Origin: Longivirga aurantiaca
Lineage (GTDB): Bacteria > Actinomycetota > Actinomycetes > S36-B12 > CAIYMF01
Assembly (NCBI RefSeq): GCF_042660085.1
Contig: NZ_JBHSTI010000008.1
Coordinates: 120,001 to 152,000 of the forward strand
Direction: 5' to 3'
DNA length: 32,000 nucleotides
Shown: positions 1 to 8,542 of the stretch, one piece after another
Position numbering within the stretch: position 1 is the first letter of the stretch
How the letters are laid out: each line of letters begins with the position of its first letter
Program-made: the position numbers and the translations under genes
The notes under the pieces: model-generated
The model's input: the letters and a program-made list of their open reading frames with translations, nothing else
What the model was told of the DNA's origin: nothing
Databases searched by the model: none

Positions 1-702
1 AGCCAGGACGCCAACGCGCTGCTGCGCCTGCGCGACCACTACGGCATCGCGATCACGTCGATCCACGCGCCCTGCCTGCTCGTCAGCCAGCGGGTCTGGG
101 GCACCGAGCCGTGGCCGAAGCTGCAGCGGGCCCAGGCCGCCGCGGAGCTGCTGGGGGCCGAGACGGTGGTGGTGCACCCGCCGTTCCGCTGGCAGCGCGA
201 CTACGCGCGCGACTTCGTGGCCGGCATCGAGTCGATGCAGAGCGAGACCGACGTCCGCTTCGCGGTCGAGAACATGTACCCCTGGAAGGCGGCGAGCCGG
301 GAGTTCATGGCCTACCTGCCCGACTGGGACGTCCGCAACGACGACTACCTGCACACCACGCTCGACCTCTCGCACACCTCGGTGTCGCAGAGCGACGCGC
401 TGGAGATGGCCGACGACCTCGGCGAGCGTCTCGTGCACCTGCACCTCGCCGACGGCTCGGGCTCGACCCGCGACGAGCACCTCGTGCCCGGGCGCGGCAA
501 CCAGCCCTGCGGCGAGGTGCTGCGCGGTCTCGCCGAGCGCGGGTTCGACGGCCAGGTGGTCGTCGAGATCAGCACGCGCAAGGCGACGACCCGGGAGCAG
601 CGCGAGATCGACCTGGCCGAGTCGCTCGCCTTCGCCCGGCACCATCTGTCGGGCGTCGCGGAGGATTTCGTGCCCGCCGTGGCCCGGGAGGTGCTGCCAT
701 GA
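1..702 (+). CDS. Sugar phosphate isomerase/epimerase (xylose isomerase-like TIM barrel), 5' truncated by window edge
   Basis: Open frame from base 1 ([27 protein letters not shown]...[18 protein letters not shown]...FAVENMYPW...LHTTLDLSH...HLHLADG...GQVVVEIST). Stop TGA at 700-702 overlaps the next ATG. Confidence 0.85.
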   Translation, partial: SQDANALLRLRDHYGIAITSIHAPCLLVSQRVWGTEPWPKLQRAQAAAELLGAETVVVHPPFRWQRDYARDFVAGIESMQSETDVRFAVENMYPWKAASREFMAYLPDWDVRNDDYLHTTLDLSHTSVSQSDALEMADDLGERLVHLHLADGSGSTRDEHLVPGRGNQPCGEVLRGLAERGFDGQVVVEISTRKATTREQREIDLAESLAFARHHLSGVAEDFVPAVAREVLP

Positions 703-1295
703 GCTCGTCCGACGACGTCTCCAAGATCCTGCTCGACGCTGCTCGCGCCGCGTACGACAAGCGCGGCTACCTCGGCACCACCATCAAGGGGGTGGCCGCC
801 GCGGCAGGCGTGGCCCCCGATGTCGCGATGCGCTACTACCGCAACCGCGAGCAGCTGTTCGCCGCTGCGATGCGGCTGCCGTTCGACCCGTCGACGTCGA
901 TCGCGCAGCTGCTCGCGCCCGGGATCGACGGGCTCGGCGAGCGCCTCGTCCGCATCACGCTGCGCATGCTGGACGACCCCGAGACGCGCGACCAGCTCGC
1001 CGAGATGGTGCGCGCGGGCGCGGGCGCCTCGAAGGCCACGGCGTCCCTGCGCGAGTACCTCGAGAGCGCCGTCGTCGACCGTGTCGTCACGGTGCTCGGC
1101 GTCCCGGACGCGCGGATGCGCGTGTCGCTCGCTACGTCGTACCTCCTCGGGATCGCGAGCATGCGCTACGTCCTGAGGATCGAGCCGCTCGCCTCCGCGA
1201 CGGAGGACGAGATCGTCGCCCTCGTCGCGCCGGCCGTGCAGGCGGCGCTCACGACCCCGACCGAGCCGACGAAGGCGCAGTCGTCCGGGCGCTGA
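699..1295 (+). CDS. TetR family transcriptional regulator
   Basis: ATG at 699 overlaps the upstream stop (ATGA). N-terminal HTH: [49 protein letters not shown]. Confidence 0.88.
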   Translation: MSSSDDVSKILLDAARAAYDKRGYLGTTIKGVAAAAGVAPDVAMRYYRNREQLFAAAMRLPFDPSTSIAQLLAPGIDGLGERLVRITLRMLDDPETRDQLAEMVRAGAGASKATASLREYLESAVVDRVVTVLGVPDARMRVSLATSYLLGIASMRYVLRIEPLASATEDEIVALVAPAVQAALTTPTEPTKAQSSGR

Positions 1296-1385
1296 CCCGT
1301 GCGACGCGTGGCGGCCGCGTGGCGCGTGCGGCAAGGTGGGCCTGTGGCCACGAGGCCAGCGCATCCGATGCCTGAGGGGTACGTC

Positions 1386-1889
1386 GTGAACAAGGGAATG
1401 CTCGCTGTCCTGAACGAGTCCGAGCGTCTGCTGGTCCTCGAGACCGAGAAGGCCGAGCTCGCGAAGCTCGACGAGGACGGCCTCGTCGCGCTGCACGACC
1501 GCATCCGTCGCGCCCGCAACAAGTACACGGGCCAGTACCGCCGCGGCGGCGCGAGCAAGGTGCCCGCCAAGGGCGGTCGCGGCAAGGCCAGCCAGCAGAA
1601 CTCCGCCGCCCGGGCCAAGGCCGAGGCCTTCGAGGTCGCCCTCGCGAACGTGAGCACGGCGCTCGCCGCCGCAGCGCGCCGTACCGCGGCCGAGCTCAAG
1701 GCGGAGCGGATCGCGGCAGCCCGCGGTGAGGGCGCCCCCGCGGTCGCCAAGGCTCCGGCGACCGGGCGCAAGGCAGCAGCGAGCCCCGCGACGAAGCGCA
1801 CCCGCAGCGACTCCTCGGCAGTTGCGAAGAAGAACGCCTCGACCCTCGCGGCCGGCGCGCGTCGTCAGGCCAAGCGCGACAGCCGCTGA
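1386..1889 (+). CDS. Conserved hypothetical protein with Lys/Ala-rich basic C-terminal tail
   Basis: ORF 1299..1889. Likely start GTG 1386 (VNKGMLAVLNESERLLVLETEKAELAKLDEDGLVALHDRIRRARNKYTGQYRR...). Alternative starts cannot be excluded. Confidence 0.65.
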   Translation: MNKGMLAVLNESERLLVLETEKAELAKLDEDGLVALHDRIRRARNKYTGQYRRGGASKVPAKGGRGKASQQNSAARAKAEAFEVALANVSTALAAAARRTAAELKAERIAAARGEGAPAVAKAPATGRKAAASPATKRTRSDSSAVAKKNASTLAAGARRQAKRDSR

Positions 1890-2011
1890 CCGCTCACGGC
1901 ATCCAGGCCCCCGGCCGCCGACCGGGGTCGATCACCACGGCGTCGGCCGCCCTGCTCCGAGTAGCCTGACGGAGAGGGCGGCCGACGTCGGTCGCAGGTG
2001 AGGAGACGACG

Positions 2012-2941
2012 GTGCTGCGCAGCCTGCTGCTGTCCGCGTCGCGCAACGAGAAGCTCCAGCAGCTCGCGAGCGAGGCGGCGCCCGCCCGTGCGCTGGTGGA
2101 CCGCTTCGTGGCGGGCGAGCGCACCGAGGATGCAGTGCGGGCCACGTCCGACCTCGTGGGGTCGGGGCGGCTCGTCACGATCGACCGGCTGGGCGAGGAC
2201 ACCACCGACCGGGCGCAGGCCGAGGCCACGCGCGACGCCTACCTGGTGCTGCTCCACGCGCTCTCCGCCGCCGGCCTCGCGGCCTCTGCAGAGGTGTCGG
2301 TGAAGCTGTCGGCCGTCGGGCAGGCGCTCCCCGGCGACGGCGAGAAGATCGCGCTCGAGTTCGCCCGCGACATCTGCGCGAAGGCGGCCGAGGTCGGCAC
2401 CACGGTCACCCTCGACATGGAGGACCACACCACCACCGACCTGACCCTGGGCGCCCTGCGCGACCTGCGTGCGGACTTCCCGTGGGTGGGCGGCGTGCTG
2501 CAGGCCTACCTGCGACGCACCGAGGCCGACTGCCGCGACCTCGCCGGCGCCGGTTCGCGCATCCGCCTGTGCAAGGGCGCGTACCGCGAGCCGGAGAACG
2601 TGGCCTACCAGGACCGCGCTGAGGTCGACAAGGCCTACGTGCGCTGCGCGAAGATCCTGATCCAGGGCGACGGCTACCCGATGTTCGCCACCCACGACCC
2701 ACGCCTGGTCGACATCGTCGAGGCGCTCGCGATCCGCAACGACCGCGCGCCGAGCTCGTTCGAGTACCAGATGCTGTACGGCGTCCGCACGGACGAGCAG
2801 CTGCGGCTCGCGGCCGAGGGCAACCGCATGCGCGTCTACGTCCCGTACGGCGACGAGTGGTACGGCTACCTGGTGCGCCGGCTCGCGGAGCGACCTGCCA
2901 ACCTGACCCTGCTCGCGCGTGCACTCACCTCGAAGGGCTGA
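2012..2941 (+). CDS. Proline dehydrogenase family protein
   Basis: 309 aa; motifs SVKLSAVGQ, VTLDMEDHTTTDLTL, GGVLQAYLRRTEAD, IRLCKGAYREP, ATHDPRLV, FEYQMLYGVR, VYVPYGDEWYGYLVRRLAERPANL. Confidence 0.93.
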   Translation: MLRSLLLSASRNEKLQQLASEAAPARALVDRFVAGERTEDAVRATSDLVGSGRLVTIDRLGEDTTDRAQAEATRDAYLVLLHALSAAGLAASAEVSVKLSAVGQALPGDGEKIALEFARDICAKAAEVGTTVTLDMEDHTTTDLTLGALRDLRADFPWVGGVLQAYLRRTEADCRDLAGAGSRIRLCKGAYREPENVAYQDRAEVDKAYVRCAKILIQGDGYPMFATHDPRLVDIVEALAIRNDRAPSSFEYQMLYGVRTDEQLRLAAEGNRMRVYVPYGDEWYGYLVRRLAERPANLTLLARALTSKG

Positions 2942-2946
2942 CCATC

Positions 2947-3750
2947 ATGGGACTCGTCGCCGTCATCGGCGCAGGCGTCATGGGGGAGACCCTGCTGTCC
3001 GGGCTCCTGCGCGCCGGCCGCGCCCCCGGAGACCTCGTCGTCGCCGAGCGCCGCCCGGACCGCGCTGCCGAGCTGCGCGCGAAGTACGGCGTCGAGGTCA
3101 TCGGCAACGTCGAGGCGGTCGAGAAGGCAGACACCGTCGTGCTCGTCGTGAAGCCGCAGGACATGGGCGCCGTGGTCGACGAGATCGCCGGCTCGGTGAA
3201 GCCGGGCGCCCTCGTCGTGTCCCTCGCCGCCGGCATCACGACCGAGTTCCTCGAGCAGCGGCTGCCCGCCGGCACGCCGGTGGTCCGCGTCATGCCCAAC
3301 ACGCCGGCCCTCGTCGACCAGGGGATGGCGGCGATCTCCGCCGGCGCCCATTGCGACGACGAGCACCTGGCGCACGCCGAGTCGCTGCTGTCGGCCGTCG
3401 GCAAGGTCGTGCAGGTGGCCGAGAAGCACCAGGACGCGGTCACGGCCATCAGCGGCTCCGGGCCGGCGTACATCTTCTACGTCACCGAGGCGATGATCGA
3501 GGCGGGCGTGTTCCTCGGGCTGCCGCGCACCACCGCCACGGAGCTCGTCGTACAGACGCTGTACGGCGCGGCCACCATGCTGCGCGAGACGGGCGACCAC
3601 CCGAGCGTGCTGCGCGAGAACGTCACCTCGCCGGGCGGCACCACGGTGGCGGCTCTGCGCACCCTCGACGACCACAAGGTGCGCGCCGCCTTCATCTCCG
3701 CGCTCGAGGCGGCGCGCGATCGCAGCCACGAGCTCGCCTCGGGCCAGTGA
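2947..3750 (+). CDS. proC: Pyrroline-5-carboxylate reductase
   Basis: ATG 2947. Rossmann GAGVMGETLLSGLL; VVRVMPNTPALVDQGMAAIS; AISGSGPAYIFYVTEAMIEAGV; ENVTSPGGTTVAALRTLDDHKVR. Confidence 0.95.
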   Translation: MGLVAVIGAGVMGETLLSGLLRAGRAPGDLVVAERRPDRAAELRAKYGVEVIGNVEAVEKADTVVLVVKPQDMGAVVDEIAGSVKPGALVVSLAAGITTEFLEQRLPAGTPVVRVMPNTPALVDQGMAAISAGAHCDDEHLAHAESLLSAVGKVVQVAEKHQDAVTAISGSGPAYIFYVTEAMIEAGVFLGLPRTTATELVVQTLYGAATMLRETGDHPSVLRENVTSPGGTTVAALRTLDDHKVRAAFISALEAARDRSHELASGQ

Positions 3751-4940
3751 CCGGCACCGCGGCCGTCGTCTGGGACGACGGTCTCGCGCGGTACGACTTC
3801 GGCGTCGGGCACCCGCTCGCACCGATCCGGGTGCAGCTGGCGATGCGGCTCGCGCGCGACCTGGGTCTCGTCGACGGCGACGGCGTCACCGTGATCGGCC
3901 CGGTCGAGATCGACGACGACGCGCTGCTCACGGTGCACGACCCGGAGTACCTCGCGGCGGTGAAGCGGTCGTCGGCCGATCCGTCGCACGTGGAGCTGCA
4001 CCGCGGGCTCGGCACCGACGACGTGCCGACGTTCACGGGGATGCACGAGGCGTCGCGCGCGGTCTGCGGAGCCACGCTGGCTGCGGTGCAGGCCGTGCAC
4101 TCGGGGGACTACCTGCACGCGGTCAACCTCGCCGGCGGCCTGCACCACGCGATGCCCGGGGCGGCGTCGGGGTTCTGCGTGTACAACGACATCGCCGTCG
4201 GCATCCAGTGGCTGCTCGACCAGGGCGTCGAGCGCGTGGCGTACGTCGACGTCGACGTCCACCACGGCGACGGCGTGCAGGCGGCGTTCTGGGACGACCC
4301 GCGCGTGCTCACGGTGTCGGTGCACGAGTCGGGCCGCGCGCTCTTCCCGGGCACCGGGTTCCCGAGCGAGGTCGGCGGCCCGAACGCGCTCGGCTCGGCG
4401 GTCAACGTCGCCCTGCCGCCGCACACCGGCGACGACGGCTGGCTGCGCGCCTTCGACGGCGTCGTGCCGCAGCTGCTGCGCAGCTTCCGACCCCAGTTCC
4501 TCGTCACGCAGCAGGGCTGCGACTCGCACTCGGAGGACCCGCTCGCGCACCTCGAGCTGTCCGTGGACGGCCAGCGCATGTCGTACGCCGCGCTGCACGC
4601 CCTCGCGCACGAGCTCTGCGACGGCCGCTGGGTGGCGCTCGGCGGAGGCGGCTACTCCTGGGTCGACGTCGTCCCCCGGGCGTGGTCGCACCTCATCGGC
4701 GAGGTCGTGGGCGCCCCGGTGCCGCCCGAGACGCCGCTGCCGGCGGTCTGGCGCGACTTCGTCGAGGAGCGGCTCAAGGTGCCGACGCCGGCCCTCATGA
4801 CCGACGGACGGACGCCTCGCGTCCGCTCCTGGGAGTCGGGCTACGACCCGGCGGACGCTATCGACGCCGCGGTGCTGCGCACCCGTGAGGCCGTCTTCCC
4901 CTGGCACGGGCTCAACGCAGACCCGTACCACGGCTTCTGA
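3747..4940 (+). CDS. acuC: Acetoin utilization protein AcuC / class I histone-deacetylase-like deacetylase
   Basis: GTG 3747 overlaps the proC stop (GTGA). HDAC motifs: HPLAPIRVQLAMRL, GGLHHAMPGAASGFCVYNDIAV, YVDVDVHHGDGVQAAFW, QQGCDSHSEDPLAHL, LGGGGYSW. Confidence 0.93.
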   Translation: MTGTAAVVWDDGLARYDFGVGHPLAPIRVQLAMRLARDLGLVDGDGVTVIGPVEIDDDALLTVHDPEYLAAVKRSSADPSHVELHRGLGTDDVPTFTGMHEASRAVCGATLAAVQAVHSGDYLHAVNLAGGLHHAMPGAASGFCVYNDIAVGIQWLLDQGVERVAYVDVDVHHGDGVQAAFWDDPRVLTVSVHESGRALFPGTGFPSEVGGPNALGSAVNVALPPHTGDDGWLRAFDGVVPQLLRSFRPQFLVTQQGCDSHSEDPLAHLELSVDGQRMSYAALHALAHELCDGRWVALGGGGYSWVDVVPRAWSHLIGEVVGAPVPPETPLPAVWRDFVEERLKVPTPALMTDGRTPRVRSWESGYDPADAIDAAVLRTREAVFPWHGLNADPYHGF

Positions 4941-4961
4941 CCGCAGGCCTCTGACCTGCGG
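4941..4961 (+). terminator. Terminator-like hairpin after acuC
   Basis: CCGCAGG-cctctga-CCTGCGG immediately after the acuC stop. Confidence 0.45.
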
Positions 4962-5163
4962 CGACGGCGTACATCGGGCGCTGGTCAAGCGCGCCGCGCG
5001 GGCGGCCCTGACCCGTCCGGGTGATGCTCGCCGTCTGGACTTCCGTCACACCTTCCCCATGAGTCCCGTCCGCCACTACCCTCGCCTCAGAGAGTGACAG
5101 CGCGTGTCGTCGCGGGTGCGGTGGGGAAGCCGGTCCCGCCACGTGCTGCTTGAGGGAAGAACC

Positions 5164-5367
5164 ATGGCTGGCACCGACCGACCTCTGTCCGAGGTCCGTT
5201 TCCTGACCGTGGCCGAGGTGGCCACCGTCATGCGCGTCTCGAAGATGACCGTCTACCGCCTCGTGCACAACGGCGAGCTGCCGGCCGTGCGCGTCGGACG
5301 GTCCTTCCGCGTGCCGGAGCAGGCCGTGCACGACTACCTGCGCGACTCCTTCGTCGAGACCGCCTGA
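5164..5367 (+). CDS. Small MerR/excisionase-type helix-turn-helix protein (BldC-like)
   Basis: 67 aa: MAGTDRPLSEVRFLTVAEVATVMRVSKMTVYRLVHNGELPAVRVGRSFRVPEQAVHDYLRDSFVETA. Upstream of bS22, as in other actinobacteria. Confidence 0.92.
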   Translation: MAGTDRPLSEVRFLTVAEVATVMRVSKMTVYRLVHNGELPAVRVGRSFRVPEQAVHDYLRDSFVETA

Positions 5368-5515
5368 CCGGTCCTCCCGCTGCCCGGCGGGAGCCCGGCA
5401 CGGGCATCCGGTCGCGGCAGGTAGGGTAGGGCCCGGTCGCGCGCGGCACCCCGTGCGCCATCTCCTTCGTGGTGACCGGGATCGGCGCCGCAGTCCGGAA
5501 CAGTGAGGTCGGCCC

Positions 5516-5614
5516 ATGGGCTCCGTGATCAAGAAGCGCCGCAAGCGCATGGCGAAGAAGAAGCACCGCAAGCTGCTCAAGAAGACGCGCGTTCAGCGTC
5601 GTAACAAGAAGTAG
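5516..5614 (+). CDS. Small ribosomal protein bS22 / AURKAIP1/COX24-domain protein (32 aa), absent from the supplied ORF track
   Basis: ATG 5516 to TAG 5614: [32 protein letters not shown], the characteristic actinobacterial COX24-type mini-protein. Confidence 0.93.
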   Translation: MGSVIKKRRKRMAKKKHRKLLKKTRVQRRNKK

Positions 5615-5627
5615 CGCGTACAGCTCT

Positions 5628-5661
5628 CGACGGGCGGGGACCTCCGGGTCCCCGCCCGTCG
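5628..5661 (+). terminator. Strong GC-rich hairpin terminator downstream of bS22
   Basis: CGACGGGCGGGGAC-ctccgg-GTCCCCGCCCGTCG: 14-bp perfect stem with 6-nt loop, 13 nt after the stop codon. Confidence 0.8.
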
Positions 5662-5781
5662 TGCTGCCCGGGATGCCGCTTCCTGCGCGGCGCCGGTTCC
5701 GGCCCTGCGCGGGGAGGCCCCGGTGAGGCAGGATGGGGTGGGTGCTACCGACGGGTAGCCACGGAGCCGGAGGGAGGCCCC

Positions 5782-6858
5782 ATGCCACGCGTCGTCCTGG
5801 TCACGGGCGTCTCGCGCCACCTCGGCAGCCGCATGGCGCGGATCCTGTCGCACGACCCCGCGATCGACCGCGTGGTCGGCGTCGACGTCATCCCGCCGCG
5901 CTCGGACATCGGTGGCGCGGAGTTCGTGCGCGCCGACATCCGCAACCCGATCATCGGCAAGGTCATCGCTGCCGCCGGCGTCGACACCGTGGTGCACATG
6001 GGCGTCATCTCGACGCCGGTGCAGGCTGGCGGCCGCGTGTCGATGAAGGAGATCAACGTCATCGGCACGATGCAGCTGCTCGCCGCGTGCCAGAAGGCCG
6101 AGGGCGTCAGCAAGCTCGTCGTGAAGTCGACGTCGTCGATCTACGGCGCGGGCCCGAAGGACCCGGCGCTGTTCACCGAGGACACCGAGCCCAAGAGCCA
6201 GCCGCGCTCGGGGTGGGCCAAGGACTCGGTCGAGGTCGAGTCGTACGTCCGCGGCTTCGCTCGCCGCCGCCCCGACGTGACGGTCAGCACGCTGCGCTTC
6301 GCCAACTTCATCGGCCCCAAGGTCGACACCCCGATGGCGGCGTACTTCGGGCTCCCGGTCGTGCCGACGGTGCTCGGCCACGACGCGCGGCTGCAGTTCG
6401 TCCACGAGGACGACGGCCTCGAGGCGATCCGCATCGCGGTGCTCGGCGACAAGCCCGGGATCTTCAACGTCGCAGGCGACGGCATCCTCATGCTGAGCCA
6501 GGCCCTGCGCCTGGCGGGCAAGACCGTGCTGCCCGTGCCGACGCCTCTCGTGGGCATCGTGGGCGGCTGGTTCCGTCGCGCGGGGCTCGCCGACTTCTCG
6601 CCGGAGCAGATCAAGTTCCTGACCTACGGCCGCGGCCTCGACACGACGCGCATGCGCGAGGTCCTGGGCTTCACGCCGGTCTACTCCACCCAGGACGCGT
6701 TCGTGGAGTTCGTGCACGACCGCGGCCTCGACCACCAGCTGCCCAAGCACCAGGCCGAGGCGATCGAGCGCGGTCTCGCGCACGCGCTCGGCACCTCGAC
6801 GCTGTCCGAGGCGCGGCTCGCCGCGCGGCTCCGGGAGGAGGCACCCGGTCGTGCCTGA
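5782..6858 (+). CDS. NAD-dependent epimerase/dehydratase (SDR) family protein
   Basis: N-terminal Rossmann VVLVTGVSRHLGSRMARIL; VVHMGVISTPVQAGG; SSIYGAGP; TLRFANFIGPKVDTPMAAYFGLPVVPTVLGHD; FNVAGDG. Confidence 0.9.
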   Translation: MPRVVLVTGVSRHLGSRMARILSHDPAIDRVVGVDVIPPRSDIGGAEFVRADIRNPIIGKVIAAAGVDTVVHMGVISTPVQAGGRVSMKEINVIGTMQLLAACQKAEGVSKLVVKSTSSIYGAGPKDPALFTEDTEPKSQPRSGWAKDSVEVESYVRGFARRRPDVTVSTLRFANFIGPKVDTPMAAYFGLPVVPTVLGHDARLQFVHEDDGLEAIRIAVLGDKPGIFNVAGDGILMLSQALRLAGKTVLPVPTPLVGIVGGWFRRAGLADFSPEQIKFLTYGRGLDTTRMREVLGFTPVYSTQDAFVEFVHDRGLDHQLPKHQAEAIERGLAHALGTSTLSEARLAARLREEAPGRA

Positions 6859-7876
6859 TGCCACGGTCATCCCCATCGGCGGCGACGACGGCGCCCGCAA
6901 GGCGGCGTCCCGCGCCGCCCGGCAGGCCGGCGCCACCGGTCCGCGCCCGAAGACCAAGCGGCGCGTGGCCGCCACGGAGCCGCCGCCGCAGGCCCCGCCG
7001 GTCGACGACGACGCGCACGACGTCGACGGCTCCCCGACGCGGCTCGACGAGAACATCGCCGAGTGGCTCGACTTCCTGCGCCGCCGCGTCACCGGCGAGT
7101 ACGAGCTCGACGACTTCGGCTTCGACGCCGAGCTGACCGACCGCGTCTTCATGGCGCCGCTGCGCCCGCTCTACGAGAAGTGGTTCCGCGTGGAGACGCG
7201 CGGCATCGAGAACGTGCCCTCGGTCGGCGGCGCGCTCGTCGTCGCCAACCACTCCGGCACGATCGCGCTCGACTCGTTGATGACCCAGCTCGCGCTGCAC
7301 GACCACCACCCCGCGCACCGCAAGCTGCGCATGCTCGGGGCGAACCTCGTCTTCCAGACGCCGTTCATGGGCGAGATCGCGCGCAAGTCCGGCGCGACGC
7401 TGGCGTGCAACCCGGACGCCGAGCGGCTGCTGTCGACCGGCGAGATCGTCGGCGTGTGGCCCGAGGGCTTCAAGGGGATCGGCAAGCCGTACTCCGAGCG
7501 CTACAAGCTGCAGCGCTTCGGCCGTGGCGGCTTCGTGGCGACGGCGCTGCGCACGCGTACGCCGATCATCCCGTGCGCGATCGTCGGAGCCGAGGAGATC
7601 TACCCGATCCTCGGGGACGCCAAGACCCTCGCCCGGCTCTTCGGGCTGCCGTACTTCCCGATCACGCCCACGTTCCCCTGGCTCGGGCCGCTCGGCCTCG
7701 TGCCGCTGCCGAGCAAGTGGATCATCGAGTTCGGCGAGCCGATCAGGACCGACCACTACCCGGACGGCGCGGCCGACGACCCGATGCTGGTCTTCAACAT
7801 CACCGACCAGGTCCGCGAGTCGATCCAGCAGGCGCTCTACCGCCTGCTCGTCCAGCGCCGCTCCGTCTTCCGCTGA
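6851..7876 (+). CDS. Lysophospholipid acyltransferase (PlsC-like) family protein
   Basis: NVPSVGGALVVANHSGTIALDSLMTQLAL, TLACNPDAERLLSTGEIVGVWPEGFKGIGKPYSERYKLQRFGRGGF, IIPCAIVGAEEIYP. Confidence 0.88.
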   Translation: MPDATVIPIGGDDGARKAASRAARQAGATGPRPKTKRRVAATEPPPQAPPVDDDAHDVDGSPTRLDENIAEWLDFLRRRVTGEYELDDFGFDAELTDRVFMAPLRPLYEKWFRVETRGIENVPSVGGALVVANHSGTIALDSLMTQLALHDHHPAHRKLRMLGANLVFQTPFMGEIARKSGATLACNPDAERLLSTGEIVGVWPEGFKGIGKPYSERYKLQRFGRGGFVATALRTRTPIIPCAIVGAEEIYPILGDAKTLARLFGLPYFPITPTFPWLGPLGLVPLPSKWIIEFGEPIRTDHYPDGAADDPMLVFNITDQVRESIQQALYRLLVQRRSVFR

Positions 7877-7892
7877 CCGCCGCCCCCTGCGG

Positions 7893-7969
7893 ATGATTGC
7901 CTACTTCGTTCGGCTCTATTGGATGAAGGTCGCCTTCATCCAATAGAGCCGAACAATCGCGGCATTCAT
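7893..7969. repeat. AT-rich long inverted repeat: perfect 22-nt inner arms with 3-nt loop plus outer 9-nt arms
   Basis: Inner arms GTTCGGCTCTATTGGATGAAGG (7908-7929) - TCG - CCTTCATCCAATAGAGCCGAAC (7933-7954). Outer arms ATGATTGCC (7893-7901) / GGCATTCAT (7961-7969), 8/9 complementary. Confidence 0.93.
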
Positions 7970-7982
7970 GTCTGGCGGCGGG

Positions 7983-8011
7983 TTCACGGTGTCGTACGGC
8001 GCGGCTAGCGT
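7983..8011 (+). promoter_or_regulatory. Candidate leaderless promoter for the reductase gene at 8018
   Basis: -35 TTCACG (7983-7988), 17-nt spacer, -10 TAGCGT (8006-8011), then 6 nt to the ATG. Confidence 0.4.
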
Positions 8012-8017
8012 CGGGGG

Positions 8018-8542
8018 ATGACACGGCCCCGGATCTCGGTCTTCATCGCGCACTCGGTCGACGGCTACATCGCGACCGACGACGACAGCCTCGACTGGCT
8101 GATGTCGGCCGGGGCCGAGGGCGAGGACTACGGATTCGAGGCCTTCATCGCCGACATCGACGTGATCGCGATGGGTCGCGGCACGTACGACGTCATCAAG
8201 GACTTCCCCGAGCTGCCGTACGGCGGACGCCCGGTGCACGTGTTCACGTCGCAGCCGCTCGGTCCGCGCGACGGGTTCGAGTTCTACGCCCGTACGCCGA
8301 CCGAGGCGGTCGCGCGATGGGAGGCGGACGGCGTGCAGCACGTGTACGTCGACGGCGGCCAGCTCATCAGCCAGTTCCTCGACGCTGGTCTGGTCGACGA
8401 CCTCACCCTGACGGCGGTGCCGCTGCTGCTCGGCTCGGGCCGACCGCTGTTCCCCCGCATCGCCACGGGCACGGCGCTGCGGCTGGTCGATGTCCAAGCC
8501 TTCCCGAGCGGGATGCTCAACCGCCGCTACGAGCGCGCCTAG
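8018..8542 (+). CDS. Dihydrofolate reductase family protein (RibD C-terminal-like)
   Basis: RISVFIAHSVDGYIATDDDSLDWL...VIAMGRGTYDVIKDFPELPYGGRPVHVFTSQPL...VYVDGGQLISQFLDAGLVDDLTLTAVPLLLGSGRPLF. Confidence 0.9.
   Translation: MTRPRISVFIAHSVDGYIATDDDSLDWLMSAGAEGEDYGFEAFIADIDVIAMGRGTYDVIKDFPELPYGGRPVHVFTSQPLGPRDGFEFYARTPTEAVARWEADGVQHVYVDGGQLISQFLDAGLVDDLTLTAVPLLLGSGRPLFPRIATGTALRLVDVQAFPSGMLNRRYERA

Noticed and set aside
7800-8024. Longer ORFs running into the palindrome (7524..7946 +, 7916..8620 -, 7800..8024 -)
   Set aside because: Their upstream parts are shadows of the acyltransferase and reductase genes. Only the short peptide stretches inside the inverted repeat are notable, and those are reported separately.
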